NCBI GenBank assembly: GCA_963693365.1
Contig: CAVNZM010000008.1
Location: 9,546,196-9,610,195, forward strand
Source of the DNA: Amoebidium appalachense
Taxonomy: Eukaryota > Protista > Ichthyosporea
Reading direction: 5' to 3'
Length of the DNA stretch: 64,000 nt
Shown here: in pieces, positions 1 to 11,438 of the stretch
How the letters are laid out: every line of letters begins with the position of its first letter
Position numbering within the stretch: the first letter of the stretch is position 1
Program-made: the position numbers and the translations under genes
The notes under the pieces: generated by a model
Database searches by the model: none
What the model was told of the DNA's origin: nothing
The model's input: only the letters and a program-made list of their open reading frames with translations

Positions 1-60
1 TACTCTAGGCATGTACCTAGGAAGTGTAGATTCTACATGTAGGGTAGGATGGAATTTTAT

Positions 61-127
61 GATTTCCGAGTGGCCGTCTTGGATTTCCGAGTGGCCGTCT
101 TGGATTGCCGAGTGGCCGTCTTGGATT
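61..127 (+). repeat. 21-bp tandem repeat x3 (GATTTCCGAGTGGCCGTCTTG)
   Basis: Three near-identical copies read directly. Confidence 0.9.
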
Positions 128-129
128 TC

Positions 130-1420
130 ATGCACCCATATTATACCGTGCGTGATCCCCAATTGATTCATGCATTCGCATTCATGTTATTTACTTATGC
201 CCGATTCCAATTGATTCCTGCATTCCTAATTGTTCCATGCACTTATGCTATACCCTTCACGAGTAACTCATTAACATCGATGATCCCTTGATATTTAATA
301 AAGCTAAACAACATTCATAATACAAAATTAGCGCCTAATAGCTCATCCATAATGGCTAAGAGTTGTCTATTACATTATTGCTAAGAAGCATTCATAAACA
401 ACCATAAGATTCATGAGATCCATACAGTTTTGAAAAGAAGCATACAGGGACAATCATGAGATTCATAAACAGCCATGAAACCAGAAAGAGCTATGAGATC
501 TAAGAACAACAAGGATGTCCACGATCCCAATTGATTCATGTACCCAAGAACACCACTGATTACTACATGATCCTAATCAATTTCTTCACTATTTTAATTG
601 ATTCATGCATTTATGTTATACACTCATGCATCTAATAGCTCCATTGATTTATACACTCATGTTATTCCATACACCCAGAACCCAATTAATTTATACATTC
701 ATGTCATACACTTAGAGCATCCTTGATTCCTGCACTTATTTCTAGAACACCATTGATCCTTGCACTCATGCCATGACATGCACGAGGGACTCCTTAACAT
801 CGATGATCCATTTACATACTAGATAGCTAAACAACATTCATAATACGAAATTAGTGCCTAATAGCTCGTCCATGATTCCTAAGAGTTGTCTATTACAGTA
901 TTGCTAAGAAGCATACATATACATCCATGAGATATATACATGATTGCCAGAAGTACCCATGAACAACCATAAGATTTAAGAACAACAAGAATATCCACAA
1001 TCCCAATTTCTTCATGCACTTATGTATTAGCACTTATGTTATATACTCAATAGCACTACGGATTCCTGCACAATTTTTAATATATTCATGCATCTAATAG
1101 CACCATTGACCTATGCCGTACACTCAAGAGCACCACTAATTCCTGCAGGCTCATAATTGACTTATATACTTATGTCATATCGTGCGCGACCATCATTGAT
1201 TCATGCATTCGCATTCATGTTATGTACTCCTGCACCCCAAAGTACATTTACTTATGTCTTATATTCAAGAGTCCCAATGATTCATACCATGCACGCCAGA
1301 GCCCCATTGATTCATGCACGATTGATTTATGCATTTATGTATTCGCACTTATTCTCGATCCTAATGGATTCATGTATTTATGTCTTATTCAAAAGAGAAT
1401 AAACCAGGTTATTCTTGTAA
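130..1420 (+). repeat. Degenerate repeat field (TTGATTCATGCA-like motifs) with a ~140-bp direct duplication (~270-410 vs ~794-915)
   Basis: Many ATTCATGCA/TTCCTGCA motifs. The block TTAACATCGATGATCC...AGCTAAACAACATTCATAATAC...CTAAGAGTTGTCTATTACA...TTGCTAAGAAGCAT occurs twice. Confidence 0.75.
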
Positions 1421-3434
1421 TATACTGAGATTCCCTTTGAAAATTAGCTTAAATGTTATAAATCGAACTAAGATATGACCTGCCTAAAGGATAACAAACT
1501 TCGACCTCGCGAGAATAATAGACCAGCTTTATTGGGATGTAGGTTTAGATTTCCTTGGGAAACGACTCAAGATCTTATACATTCAACTAAAGGATTATCT
1601 GCAGAAAGAGTAGCACCCTTTGTCATCTGCAAGAAAAATAGACCATGTGATATATTTATAGGTGGAGATTTCCTTAGTAAACCAATATAAATTTAGAAAT
1701 CCGACTAAAAGATTACCGGCTGAAAGGTAGCAACCATTGTTATACTATAGAAAATTCTACAAGGTTATCTTAGGTTTAGGCGGATATTTCTTGACAGACG
1801 ACTCGAATGTTAAATGATTTACAAAGAGGCATCCCATAATTGAACAATCCTGACGATCAAGAATACAAGACCTGTACCTTATTAACAAATATGGAAGGGG
1901 GTAGGATATTTATCAATAGTAGTTTAACAGCGTGAAATTTGGTAAACGAATGATGCTCTAAACCGCAGAGCACCTTAAAAATATTTACCTTTCTAGATTT
2001 TACAGGTATAAAGCTCTCTTATTAAGAAAGTCCTTTGTTAAGGCACCTTAGCTAACCATCAAGAAAGTCCTCCGTCAAGTCACCCTAAACTTCGTCCTTG
2101 AGAAATATCCGGGATCTAATCTCGATTTCAATTTATTCGTCTCCCCCCGTACCAGGTATCGTTAATGCTCTTAGAGCAATTACTTTTCCGAGACTAGAAT
2201 TTACGGTCTCAGATTTGTCCAACGGTAAAAAATCTAATACAGATTTATACTTTGTCCAATGTAAAATCATTTAGTTTAAGTCCACAAGCTTTTACTTCAT
2301 AGCATAACTATTATCTCTTTCTTAACAAAAGAGTATTGCGAGTACCAACTCGTTGCGAGTACTAGACGAGCTTGTCGTCGTATAATGACAAGAGTATAAG
2401 ACTTTTCTCTTAGCGAGAAAGCTTTGAAGAGACTCTTGTAATTTGAGAATTACCCATTCACCTTGTACGAGTAAGGAGAATTTTACTAAAGCATAAGAAC
2501 GTTTCTTAGCTAGAAGGCTCAAGAGAGACTCTCGCCTTTAAACTTTTTATCTCTTTGGTGATATGTCATAATAACGTCTCTACTTACATAACCAATAACT
2601 TATTCGGTTCTTAAATATGCACCTTATTATTTTTAAACCGTCCTACTACTATACATCTATATTTTCTAATCTGTCAGATGGCATACAAATTCAAACTGTT
2701 AAAATAGTACAAACTAAACGAAAGTACTTAATCTTTAATCTAGGAGCTTAAACCGTAAACTTTCTTTTATTACTTATATAAATTTAGTTTTCGAAGCAGG
2801 CTTAATACACCAGCCTTAAAAATCCTGCATATAGCTCTAAACTTGGAGAGTTTATACTACTTTTTAACGAGTATTTTATGAGTGGTGACTCTACTGAGAC
2901 TCTAGTAAAAATTCGGAGGGACAGACTCTTCAGTGAAAAACTAACATCACATTACTTATTTAAACTTTGCAGATCGCATTCTCATATACCTAGCCCAATT
3001 AACGCATCGGCACAAATAATTCAATTTCATGAGTTTGGTCTCAAAGATAGTAAAAGTATTATTATCTTGCCGATTTCTAATTAAAATCCTTAAAATTCTA
3101 GAATTAAATTTATTCTATCGATGAATTAACAGAGGAAGGTCCCTATTTTTGCATAGGGTTAGAAAGTAATATGAATTTATAATTTCTTTAAAAATTCCTT
3201 AGAGTACACCTTAAACAAGCAGACTTCAGGTACTAGTATTGAAGACACATTATGTATTATACTTTCTCTTACGAGTTTGCAAGAATCCTATTACTTTAAC
3301 AATATGATTTTGCAGTACACTGTATTTTCGATAAACACTAAATATTAGTTTAATAAATATGATATATCATTAAACCTCCAGGTTAGAAGGAAGTTATAGT
3401 ACTATTCATTCCAACCAGCTTAGACTTTAATCTA

Positions 3435-3630
3435 AGAGCGGACTATATTTTCCAACCTGTATATGTAACAGATTGTTTTGCATGTAGTATATGAGAAATT
3501 TACTAATAGATATTTTATCTCGAGTAGTTTCCTACGGATTTGCCCGTCCGAACGTTGTTTTACTAACAAAAGAAATCCCTGTCTAGTCCCGTAGGTTCTA
3601 AGAAGGTTCTCGCATATAGCGAAGTTTATA
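3435..3630 (-). ncRNA. Group I intron catalytic core (IB-like), no flanking exons recognised
   Basis: In order on the minus strand: P-like GCTATATGCGAGAACC, Q-like AATCCGTAGG, R-like TCTCATATACTACATGC and S-like AAAATATAGTCC, resembling mitochondrial group I consensus elements. Confidence 0.65.
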
Positions 3631-4111
3631 ATAGATCATTGTGTTAATTGCACTCTCCCATGCTCTACGATACTATTTTATCAAGCAATACAGATCTAAT
3701 TTGAAATCAAACGACAATTCACCCTATATAAAATGCCTATATTGATAATAATAATTCCTCAAGCAGTACATACTTTACCTAAAATTATGGTATTATTTGT
3801 GCCGTGTTTCTGTAATAACATCCCATCCATGCTTTAACGCATTAACGTCTATCCACTGGTGTCAGATTGAAACTACTCAACGAGTTGCAAGGACTAAACG
3901 AGTTGCGAGTTAGTACTAGAGTCTCAGTAGAGCCTTTATACTAGAATTGTTTCTTGAATACGAAGCCATTGTCATTAGAGTAGTGATACTCTAAAGAGCT
4001 TTATAATTAGATTGACATTAAAGTAATAGGGCCCTAAATACCATTACGATTTTCTTGCTATTTTAGTTCTTCCATTGAATAAAGCTTTTGCTTTCTCTTA
4101 CGAGCTGTTAC

Positions 4112-4589
4112 ACTCTGCGCAATCAATCTAAAACTTTGGGCAAGTAAGTGACACAGATCTTTTATCCAATATCTACGTCTCAGATTTCAATCCACTGATT
4201 TTTGTTTACTCATGTCTACATTTAGCAGCGGAATTTACACATCAGGCTCTCTAAAGAACCGGGTACCACATCTGAATTAATGTATTAAATAATTGACTAG
4301 GACCTTCTCAGATCAATTCAATAAATTCAGATTCTTCCGCTACCACTCCGCGCAATCAATCTAAAACTTTGGGCAAGTAAGTGACACAGATCTTTTATCC
4401 AATATCTACGTCTTAGACTTTCAATCCACTGATTTTTGTTTACTCATGTCTACATTTAGCAGCTGAATTTAAACATCAGGCTCTCTAAAGAATGAAGAAC
4501 CGGGTACCACATCTGAATTAATGTGTTAAATAATTAACTAATACCTTCTCAGATCAATTCAATAAATTCAGATTCTTCCGCTACCACTC
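4112..4589 (+). repeat. Tandem duplication of a ~233-bp unit
   Basis: GCGCAATCAATCTAAAACTTTGGGCAAGTAAGTGACACAG...GATTCTTCCGCTACCACTC is present twice back to back with few differences. Confidence 0.9.
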
Positions 4590-4851
4590 AGGGCATACAA
4601 TCTAGAAGCAAAAAGCTTTTTGGACTGGGATTTAGTTAAAACAGTTAAATGTTTCAATGCGTTGGCCATAACTAAGTTTATTTATAACTAGGTTATTGCA
4701 CTTTGACATTTGGTACCTAGCCGTTAAATTAACAAAGTTGCACAAGTCTACAAGTAAATAGTTACATTATCTTTAAAATATAGCGGTTTCAAGCCTATTT
4801 ATTGCATTGAATTAGTCTCTCATCGAGGAGAGATAGAGTTATAATATAAAA

Positions 4852-5601
4852 TTAATGTAAATGAATAGCATCGTTAATATAAATACAAGTTAAGAGTGTG
4901 AAAACATAAGCTTGAATAACCGCAACGGCTAATTCTAATCCAGACATAGCAAATACGACTAATGCTGGTAAGATACTAACTGCCGCTAAAATACCTCCTG
5001 TACTTAACATTGTTCAAGCAAACCCGCTTAGAATAGCAAGTAAAAGATGTCCGGAACTCACGTTGGCAGCAAGACGAACACCTAATGAGATTGCTCTAGC
5101 TGAATAACTTACTAATTCAATCATTACTAATAAAGGAGCAAGAGCCATTGGAGCTCCTTGTGGCATGAACATGCTTAAGAAGTTAATACCGTGAAGACTA
5201 AATCCACGTAAGGTAACTCCGAATCAAATTCCAAATGATAAAGCTAAAGCAACACTAATGTGAGCAGTAGCACTAAATACATAAGGAACCATTCCCATTA
5301 AGTTTAAAACTACTATATATGTGAATAAAGTAAAGATAAAGGGAAAATAAGCATTACCTTTTTCTCCGATGTTATCTTTAATTAATCCATAAACAGTCTC
5401 GTATAAGATTTCTACTACAGATTGTATTCTAGTTGGTACGATGTACCCTCTTTCTATGCTTAATTTATATGCTGTTATTATTAATATTATGGCTATTATC
5501 ATCGTTAATGATGAATTCGTTATTGATAGATCTATTCCTATCATTGATATGCTTACTAATGGATTTATTACAAATTGTTCTAATGGTGATCCTATTATCA
5601 T
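4852..5601 (-). CDS. atp6: ATP synthase F0 subunit a (mitochondrial code, TGA=Trp), 249 aa
   Basis: Begins SPLEQF. Reading through TGA at 5224 gives ...[43 protein letters not shown]...[28 protein letters not shown], including the conserved Arg motif. Confidence 0.97.
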
Positions 5602-5661
5602 CTTTATTATTACCTAAATTCTAACCTCTAAAGGTATTACTTGTTTGTTAAGATAAACTAG

Positions 5662-6054
5662 TTATCTTTTACGTCTAGCCGAAACAGCATTAGTTTTAGT
5701 ACGTTGTCCATTTACTGGTAATCCCTTTTTATGGCGAATACCTTTATATGTTTTAATGTTTTGTAAAGTTAAAATCTTAGAATTAGTAGCAGCTCTTAAA
5801 TTTTGTTCAATAGGTTTAATATGAAAGTCATTTGTAATTAATGTTGTAAACTTCATACGTCTCTTAATATAATTGTCAATTTGACTTCTTTCATATGACG
5901 TTACTCCTCTACCTTGATTGCTTGACAATCCTAATTCTACACTTATTGTTGCATATTCCTTTTCTCCTATCCCATACACCTTCTTAAATATTTCTCTACC
6001 TTTCGTTTTCTCTTCTGTTACATATATTAATTCTTGTTTATCGTGTTTTCTCAT
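5662..6054 (-). CDS. rps13: Mitochondrial ribosomal protein S13
   Basis: N-terminal VYGIG helix motif and C-terminal S13 signature YKGIRHKKGLPVNGQRTKTNA. Confidence 0.93.
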   Translation of the reverse strand: MRKHDKQELIYVTEEKTKGREIFKKVYGIGEKEYATISVELGLSSNQGRGVTSYERSQIDNYIKRRMKFTTLITNDFHIKPIEQNLRAATNSKILTLQNIKTYKGIRHKKGLPVNGQRTKTNAVSARRKR

Positions 6055-6261
6055 CTTTATTATTTCCTAACATTGAATGATTTAATTTAATTCCTAACAT
6101 ACAATGTTAATCGTACTAAATTACTTATTCTATCTTATAAATCTGTTAATTACAATTTAAGATTCTTATAAAATTCATAAATTCCAAACTATGATAGGTA
6201 AAATTCCAAAATTGACGATTTTCTGGATTTCGATCACATGTTGTATTTAGGATTGTAATTA

Positions 6262-7146
6262 TCATCTTATATAGTGACGGAAGCTTAGAATAAGAGTAGA
6301 GAGGGAGGGGGGCGAGATGAAATAACTAGACTGGGCCCCCCGAACCAGCAACTTAAAAGTGATGCCGACATTGAAACGTGAAGAAAGGCGGTCTTCAGTC
6401 TCCACAACACCGACCAGCTCGTCACCCAGCAGGTTCGTGATGATCTTCACGAACACGTTCTTGCCGGTACCCTCGATGCTGCGCATCAACCACGCAGACT
6501 CGGGCTTCCGGGCAGGATATTGAAACATGTGCCCCAGCCACTCAATCACATAGTGATACAGGGTTTCATCCCCTGCGCAAATGACATCCCTTGCATGCTC
6601 GAGGAAGGGTACAACCAGCGCCTCATCCACGACGAATGCCGGCTCGTATATGAACCGGAATCCTGGAAAACTGTTGAACGCACGGTTGTGGCAGTCGGTG
6701 TACATAGGGTTGCGCTGACCTGTTTTGGGGTCGGGGTCGCTTGGATCAAACACGATCCCCCTATAGTACACCAGTATTCCGTTCATATCCGCCACATAAT
6801 TGGATCCCTTGTAGGCATCAGGCTCCTTTCGCGTGCCAACGCTTCGCAGTTTGAAGGAGTATTTGGACAACATGTCGATCACCTTCTCCTTTGATTTGAT
6901 CTGGTGTATAAAGCGACCATCCTCGAAATGCTTGATGATGTATACCTGGTCTTTGTTTGAGTACGCGACCAGTGTGCGTAGGAACGTGTAAACTTGAGGC
7001 ATGGTCCATGTGTAATCAGCTACCTCATTGGGAGGCAGCCAGTTGTTGCAGTTCCCAGTAAGTCGCTCGAATTCCTCGAATGCAACACGGAGCTTTTCCC
7101 TTTTGTCGCACCGGTCAATGTTCATCTTTGAGCGAATGATATCCAT
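6262..7146 (-). pseudogene. SF3/D5-like (DUF5906/NrS-1-type) helicase, C-terminally truncated at the mtDNA junction
   Basis: Motifs FDP..FNSF.GF, YVIEWLGHMFQYPARKP, Walker A EGTGKN and RFN..KLLV. Similarity stops just before Walker B. A possible GT..AG intron follows and runs into mtDNA. Confidence 0.8.
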
Positions 7147-7202
7147 TGTGGTTGTAATAGGGATAGATAATATTTGACGGGTCTGAGGTCTGGCAAGCGC
7201 TT

Positions 7203-7658
7203 TTATACCTTCGGGCTGGACACCAGATTGGGGTGTTCAGTCTCGATGTGCTTGTTCAGGGTTGAAGACCAGGCAAATGCAGCCTGGCACTGGTCGGCGG
7301 GGCATGTAAAACGCCCACCTGCGCGCCTGTGCCGCCTTGACAGCCGACAACCTTCATGGATTGTTCGCCGGTGAACCCACAAACCAGACGGATATACATA
7401 CGTGGCGGGACAGTCTGGACATTGATAGGGTCGGCTGCCAGCGTGTGTGCGCTGATGCAGTTTCATGTGATCACTGCGGGCAAATGTTGCAAAGCAGCCG
7501 GGTTGTGGACAGGCATATGCGCCGGTGCCATTACTCTTGTGGGCATTTTGGTGCCTTTTTAGATTCGCCTTCAATGTGAACATTGCAGGACACAGTGTGC
7601 AAGCGTAGCGCCTCAGTTCAGGAGGTGTTTCTGTGGTAGGCGTGCACGGGTGATCCAT
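7203..7658 (-). CDS. Intronless C2H2 zinc-finger protein (4 fingers)
   Basis: CTLC..HQNAH, CPQPGC..HQRTH, CPDC..HRRTIH and CPADQC..HIETEH, with a TGEKPY-like linker HAGSRPY. Probable start is the ATG at 7658; the ORF is open from 7721. Confidence 0.88.
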   Translation of the reverse strand: MDHPCTPTTETPPELRRYACTLCPAMFTLKANLKRHQNAHKSNGTGAYACPQPGCFATFARSDHMKLHQRTHAGSRPYQCPDCPATYVYPSGLWVHRRTIHEGCRLSRRHRRAGGRFTCPADQCQAAFAWSSTLNKHIETEHPNLVSSPKV

Positions 7659-7871
7659 TGCTGCTAAGTGGCAAGAAAAGAAACAGGATAACGGTTTTAT
7701 AACCCCTGACCTCTTTTTCATCTGTTGGGATCGGTCGTCACCAAAAACGCTTTGGAAACACTTTGAAGTGATTCACAAGTATTTTCAAAACATTTCAAAG
7801 CGATTTAAAGTATTAAGAGTGAGTCAGGTAGATCGCATTCTGGCTGTTTTTTATGTTGCGCACTGTACAGG

Positions 7872-8228
7872 ATGTCTGCGGTAGGCTACGACGAGGCGTT
7901 CGTGCGCGAGCGACTGGCCGAGCTCGAGGACGGGGTGTGCGGGGTGCCCACTCGGGCCGGCCGGATTGACGTGCTGACGAGCACGCAGGTCATCGAGGTG
8001 CAGCGTGTGTCGCAGTGGAAGACGGCGATCGGAAACGTGCTCGCATACAGCCACTACTACCCCGACCGCCAACCGAGGATCCACCTGTTCGACTATGCGC
8101 CGGCAGACGTGTACAGGATTGCCGTGCAAACCATCACGTCGCTCAACATCACGCTTACAACCGAAGAGGACACGTTGCAGCTGATTTGGGGGGACGACGC
8201 GGGCAAAGACGTAAAAGACGAAAAATAA
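7872..8228 (+). CDS. PD-(D/E)XK-like domain protein of the type often fused to KilA-N in large DNA viruses and cyanobacteria
   Basis: E..VRERL...GRIDVLT..QVIEVQ...WKTAIGNVLAYSHYYP...RIHLF matches the family pattern G.ID(L/V)LT..EIIEVK..WK.A.GQ...Y..YYP...RIHLF. Confidence 0.72.
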   Translation: MSAVGYDEAFVRERLAELEDGVCGVPTRAGRIDVLTSTQVIEVQRVSQWKTAIGNVLAYSHYYPDRQPRIHLFDYAPADVYRIAVQTITSLNITLTTEEDTLQLIWGDDAGKDVKDEK

Positions 8229-8321
8229 ATAAAGAAGCCATGGGCAAAAAGTCAAAGCAGCGCAGAGTTGGCCAATAAACGGTCAAAGCTAGCGCGAAGT
8301 AGTGAATATTCAACGACGCTA

Positions 8322-8551
8322 GCGCACACGGTAATAGCGCTCATGACCCTACTCTCAAACAACACAGGTGCAAGCGCACGCATATCCCCCCCCCCCCCCA
8401 CACACACACACAAACACACACACACACACACAAAGCGCCCGGTGATAGCGCTGATGACCCATCTCTCCAACAACACATGTGCAAGCGCACGGTGATTGCG
8501 CTCACGACCCTACTCTCAAACAACACAGGTGCAAGCGCACGCATTCCCCCC

Positions 8552-8609
<58 letters not shown>

Positions 8610-8695
8610 GCGCCCGGTGATAGCGCTGATGACCCATCTCTCCCACATGCGCTCATGACCCTACTCTCAAACAACACAGGTGCAAGCGCAAGCAT

Positions 8696-8742
<47 letters not shown>

Positions 8743-8988
8743 ACACACACACACAAAGCGCCCGGTGATAGCGCTGATGACCCATCTCTCCAACATGCGC
8801 AAGCATTGGGCCCCCCCCCCCCCCCCCCCCCCCCCCACCCACCCACCCCCCTACACACGCACAAACACAAAGCGCCCGGTTATAGCGCTCATGCCCCTTC
8901 TCTCACACAACACATGTGGAAGCGCCCGGTGATAGCGCTCATGAGCCTACACTCAAACATAACAGGTGCAACCACACGCATTGCCCCC

Positions 8989-9024
<36 letters not shown>

Positions 9025-9345
9025 ACACACGTACAAACACAAAGCGCCCGGTGATAGCGCTCATGCCCCTTCTCTCAGACAACACATGTGGAAGCGCCCG
9101 GTGATAGCGCTCATGAGCCTACACTCAAACATAACAGGTGCAACCACACGCATTGCCCCCCCCCCCCCCCCCCCCCCCCCCCACCCACCCCCCCCCCCCC
9201 CCCCCCCCCCCCCCCCACACACGCACAAACACAAAGCGCCCGGTGATAGCGCTCATGCCTCTTCTCTCACACAACACATGTGGAAGCGCCCGGTGATAGC
9301 GCTCTTGCGCCTACACTCAAACATAACAGGTGCAAGCACACGCAT

Positions 9346-9386
<41 letters not shown>

Positions 9387-9797
9387 CCCCACACACGCAC
9401 AAACACAAAGCGCCCGGTAATAGCGCTCATGCCCCTTCTCTCAAACAACACATGTGGAAGCGCCCGGTGATAGCGCTCACAACCCTGCTCTCAAACAACA
9501 CATGTGGAAGCGCCCGGTGATAGCGCTCATGACCCTACTCTCAAACAACACATGTGCAAGCGCACGCATTGGACCCCCCCCCCCCCCCCCCCCCTCACAC
9601 ACACACACACACACATATGCACACGGTGGCTGCGTATCACTGTGCGCTTGCACCTGTGTTGTTTGAGAATAGGGTCATGAGCGCTATCACCGTGCGCTTG
9701 CACCTGTGTTGTTGGAGAGTAGGGTCATGAGCGCTATCACCGTGCGCTTGCACCTGTGTTGTTGGCGAGTAGGGTCAATGACATGATCGCTATCACC
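8322..9797. repeat. Array of ~50-bp modules (CGGTGATAGCGCTCATGACCCTACTCTCAAACAACACAGGTGCAAGCGCA): many direct copies, then three inverted copies
   Basis: Forward copies at 8322-9570 are interspersed with poly-C/CA tracts. Reverse-complement copies with 50-bp period lie at ~9641-9797. Confidence 0.9.
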
Positions 9798-9890
9798 ATA
9801 CCCTTGCTCATGAGCGCCCCCCCCCCCCCAAACCCTCCTCCCATCTACCCGCACAACCCCAACCCCACATTATATCGTGCACCGGGTAAC

Positions 9891-10283
9891 ATGGACGCTG
9901 GCGCACCCCTTCCCCCACCCAGCCCATTCGCACCCCCGCCCCCGATCCGCACAAGCCCGCGCAGCACCCCCGGGCCCTCACCCATCCTATTGGCCATCCT
10001 GGCCGGCCTGATCCTCTACGTGCTCTGGGACACGTTCAGCCCACGTGTGCGGCGGCGCCTGGCAGTGCTCAAGTGCCAGCGCGCGTGCCCAATGTGTGCC
10101 AGCTGCGGCAGCTGCGTTCCCCGCCGCAAGTGTGCGCACTGCCCCCGCTGCCACGTGTGCGGTGCCAGCCCCGCCCGGTGCGCACAGTGCCCCGCATGCA
10201 CGCGCTGCCCGCCCGAGCAGAAGTGCCCGGCGTGCCCCACGTGTGCGCATGCGCCTGCGGTGGTGATCAAGGAGCGCACTTGA
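9891..10283 (+). CDS. Small Pro-rich, single-TM, Cys-rich (CxxC repeat) protein
   Basis: ATG at 9891. TM segment PILLAILAGLILYVLW is followed by repeated CxxC pairs. GC-rich codon usage resembles neighbouring element genes. Confidence 0.65.
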   Translation: MDAGAPLPPPSPFAPPPPIRTSPRSTPGPSPILLAILAGLILYVLWDTFSPRVRRRLAVLKCQRACPMCASCGSCVPRRKCAHCPRCHVCGASPARCAQCPACTRCPPEQKCPACPTCAHAPAVVIKERT

Positions 10284-10319
10284 AGGGTTGGGGGGGCAGA
10301 GATTTTTGTGGCATAGAGT

Positions 10320-10586
10320 ATGGCGTACCGATGGGAGTACAAGCTGAAGGAGGAGCCCGGCAAGGCACCCGTGGTGCAGGCAACTATTGTGCCGACCGAG
10401 GCCACCACCCGGCGGACGCAGATGGAGCAACGAGCATACGCACAAGAGCTTGCGGAAAAGGGCTATATAGATCTGCCCGATGAGTTGGCGGAGAAGTGTG
10501 GATTCAAGAAGTGGGTGCCGAAGAATCAACGACAGACAGCAATTGTACTGCAGAAGATGATGGAGCCTGAGGATGCCAAAGGATGA
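10320..10586 (+). CDS. Hypothetical 88-aa protein
   Basis: Clean ATG-to-stop ORF with normal globular composition, tightly downstream of the Cys-rich gene. Confidence 0.6.
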   Translation: MAYRWEYKLKEEPGKAPVVQATIVPTEATTRRTQMEQRAYAQELAEKGYIDLPDELAEKCGFKKWVPKNQRQTAIVLQKMMEPEDAKG

Positions 10587-10736
10587 ATGGACTCACATCA
10601 CAAACACGGAAAATGTAAATGACGAGAGAATCTGTTGGGATGTTTAATTTTGATGAGCTGGAGTCTATCTCCCCCCCCCCTCCCCCCTCCCCTACACCGT
10701 TCAATGAAAACTTGGTAGCATGTGTATCATTGTGTG

Positions 10737-10793
<57 letters not shown>

Positions 10794-10823
10794 GCGTGTG
10801 CGTGTGTGCGTGTGCGTGTGCGT

Positions 10824-10854
<31 letters not shown>

Positions 10855-11100
10855 ACAATGTACGTGCCAGTGTGCTTGTACACAGATTGAAAAGGAGACT
10901 TGGGGTATATTAAATGGAGTCTCTCCCGCTACCACGGGCAAATACATTCAATAATCATTACGGAAACTTGGTACTGTTACCGGGCAAATACAATATACAT
11001 GAAAATTTGGATAAGATTGAAGCAGATCACATTCGAATAAACATTACAGAAAACTTGGTATGAAAACTTTGTACCACGTCTTTCCTCCACCACACCCATC

Positions 11101-11429
11101 ACAAACCCTTACTAGTAAGTAGTAAGATGTGAATGTGGGGCCTACCCGCCGCCACCACCACAACTACGTTTCCCCCACTGCACCCACCACAAACCCTAAG
11201 TAAGATGTGAATGTGGGGCCTACCCGCCGCCACCACCACAACTACGTTTCCCCCACTGCACCCACCACAAACCCTAAGTAAGATGTGAATGTGGGGCCTA
11301 CCCGCCGCCACCACCACAACTACGTTTCCCCCACTGCACCCACCACAAACCCTAAGTAAGATGTGAATGTGGGGCCTACCCGCCGCCACCACCACAACTA
11401 CGTTTCCCCCACCGCACCCACCACAAACC
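11101..11429 (+). repeat. 78-bp tandem repeat x4
   Basis: Unit AAACCCTAAGTAAGATGTGAATGTGGGGCCTACCCGCCGCC...; 26-aa periodicity in the ORF track. Confidence 0.92.
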
Positions 11430-11438
11430 ATGTGTGGT

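Larger units (their letters stand above)
1..6260. other. Mitochondrial-type DNA segment (NUMT, or mitochondrial chromosome joined in the assembly)
   Basis: AT-rich and free of microsatellites. Carries atp6 with in-frame TGA at Trp positions, rps13 and a group I intron core. Composition switches abruptly to GC-richer sequence at ~6260. Confidence 0.9.

Noticed and set aside
2300-3400. Intact homing endonuclease ORF next to the intron core
   Set aside because: Multiple TAA/TAG stops in the frames examined; at most faint degenerate similarity.
5224-5601. atp6 as a truncated 125-aa pseudogene
   Set aside because: The apparent stop is TGA at a Trp position. The frame continues intact to 4852 under the mitochondrial code.
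8322-9600. CRISPR-like look of conserved repeats separated by variable sequence
   Set aside because: The intervening sequences are poly-C/CA tracts or further repeat variants rather than unique spacers. No cas genes are present and the context is eukaryotic.
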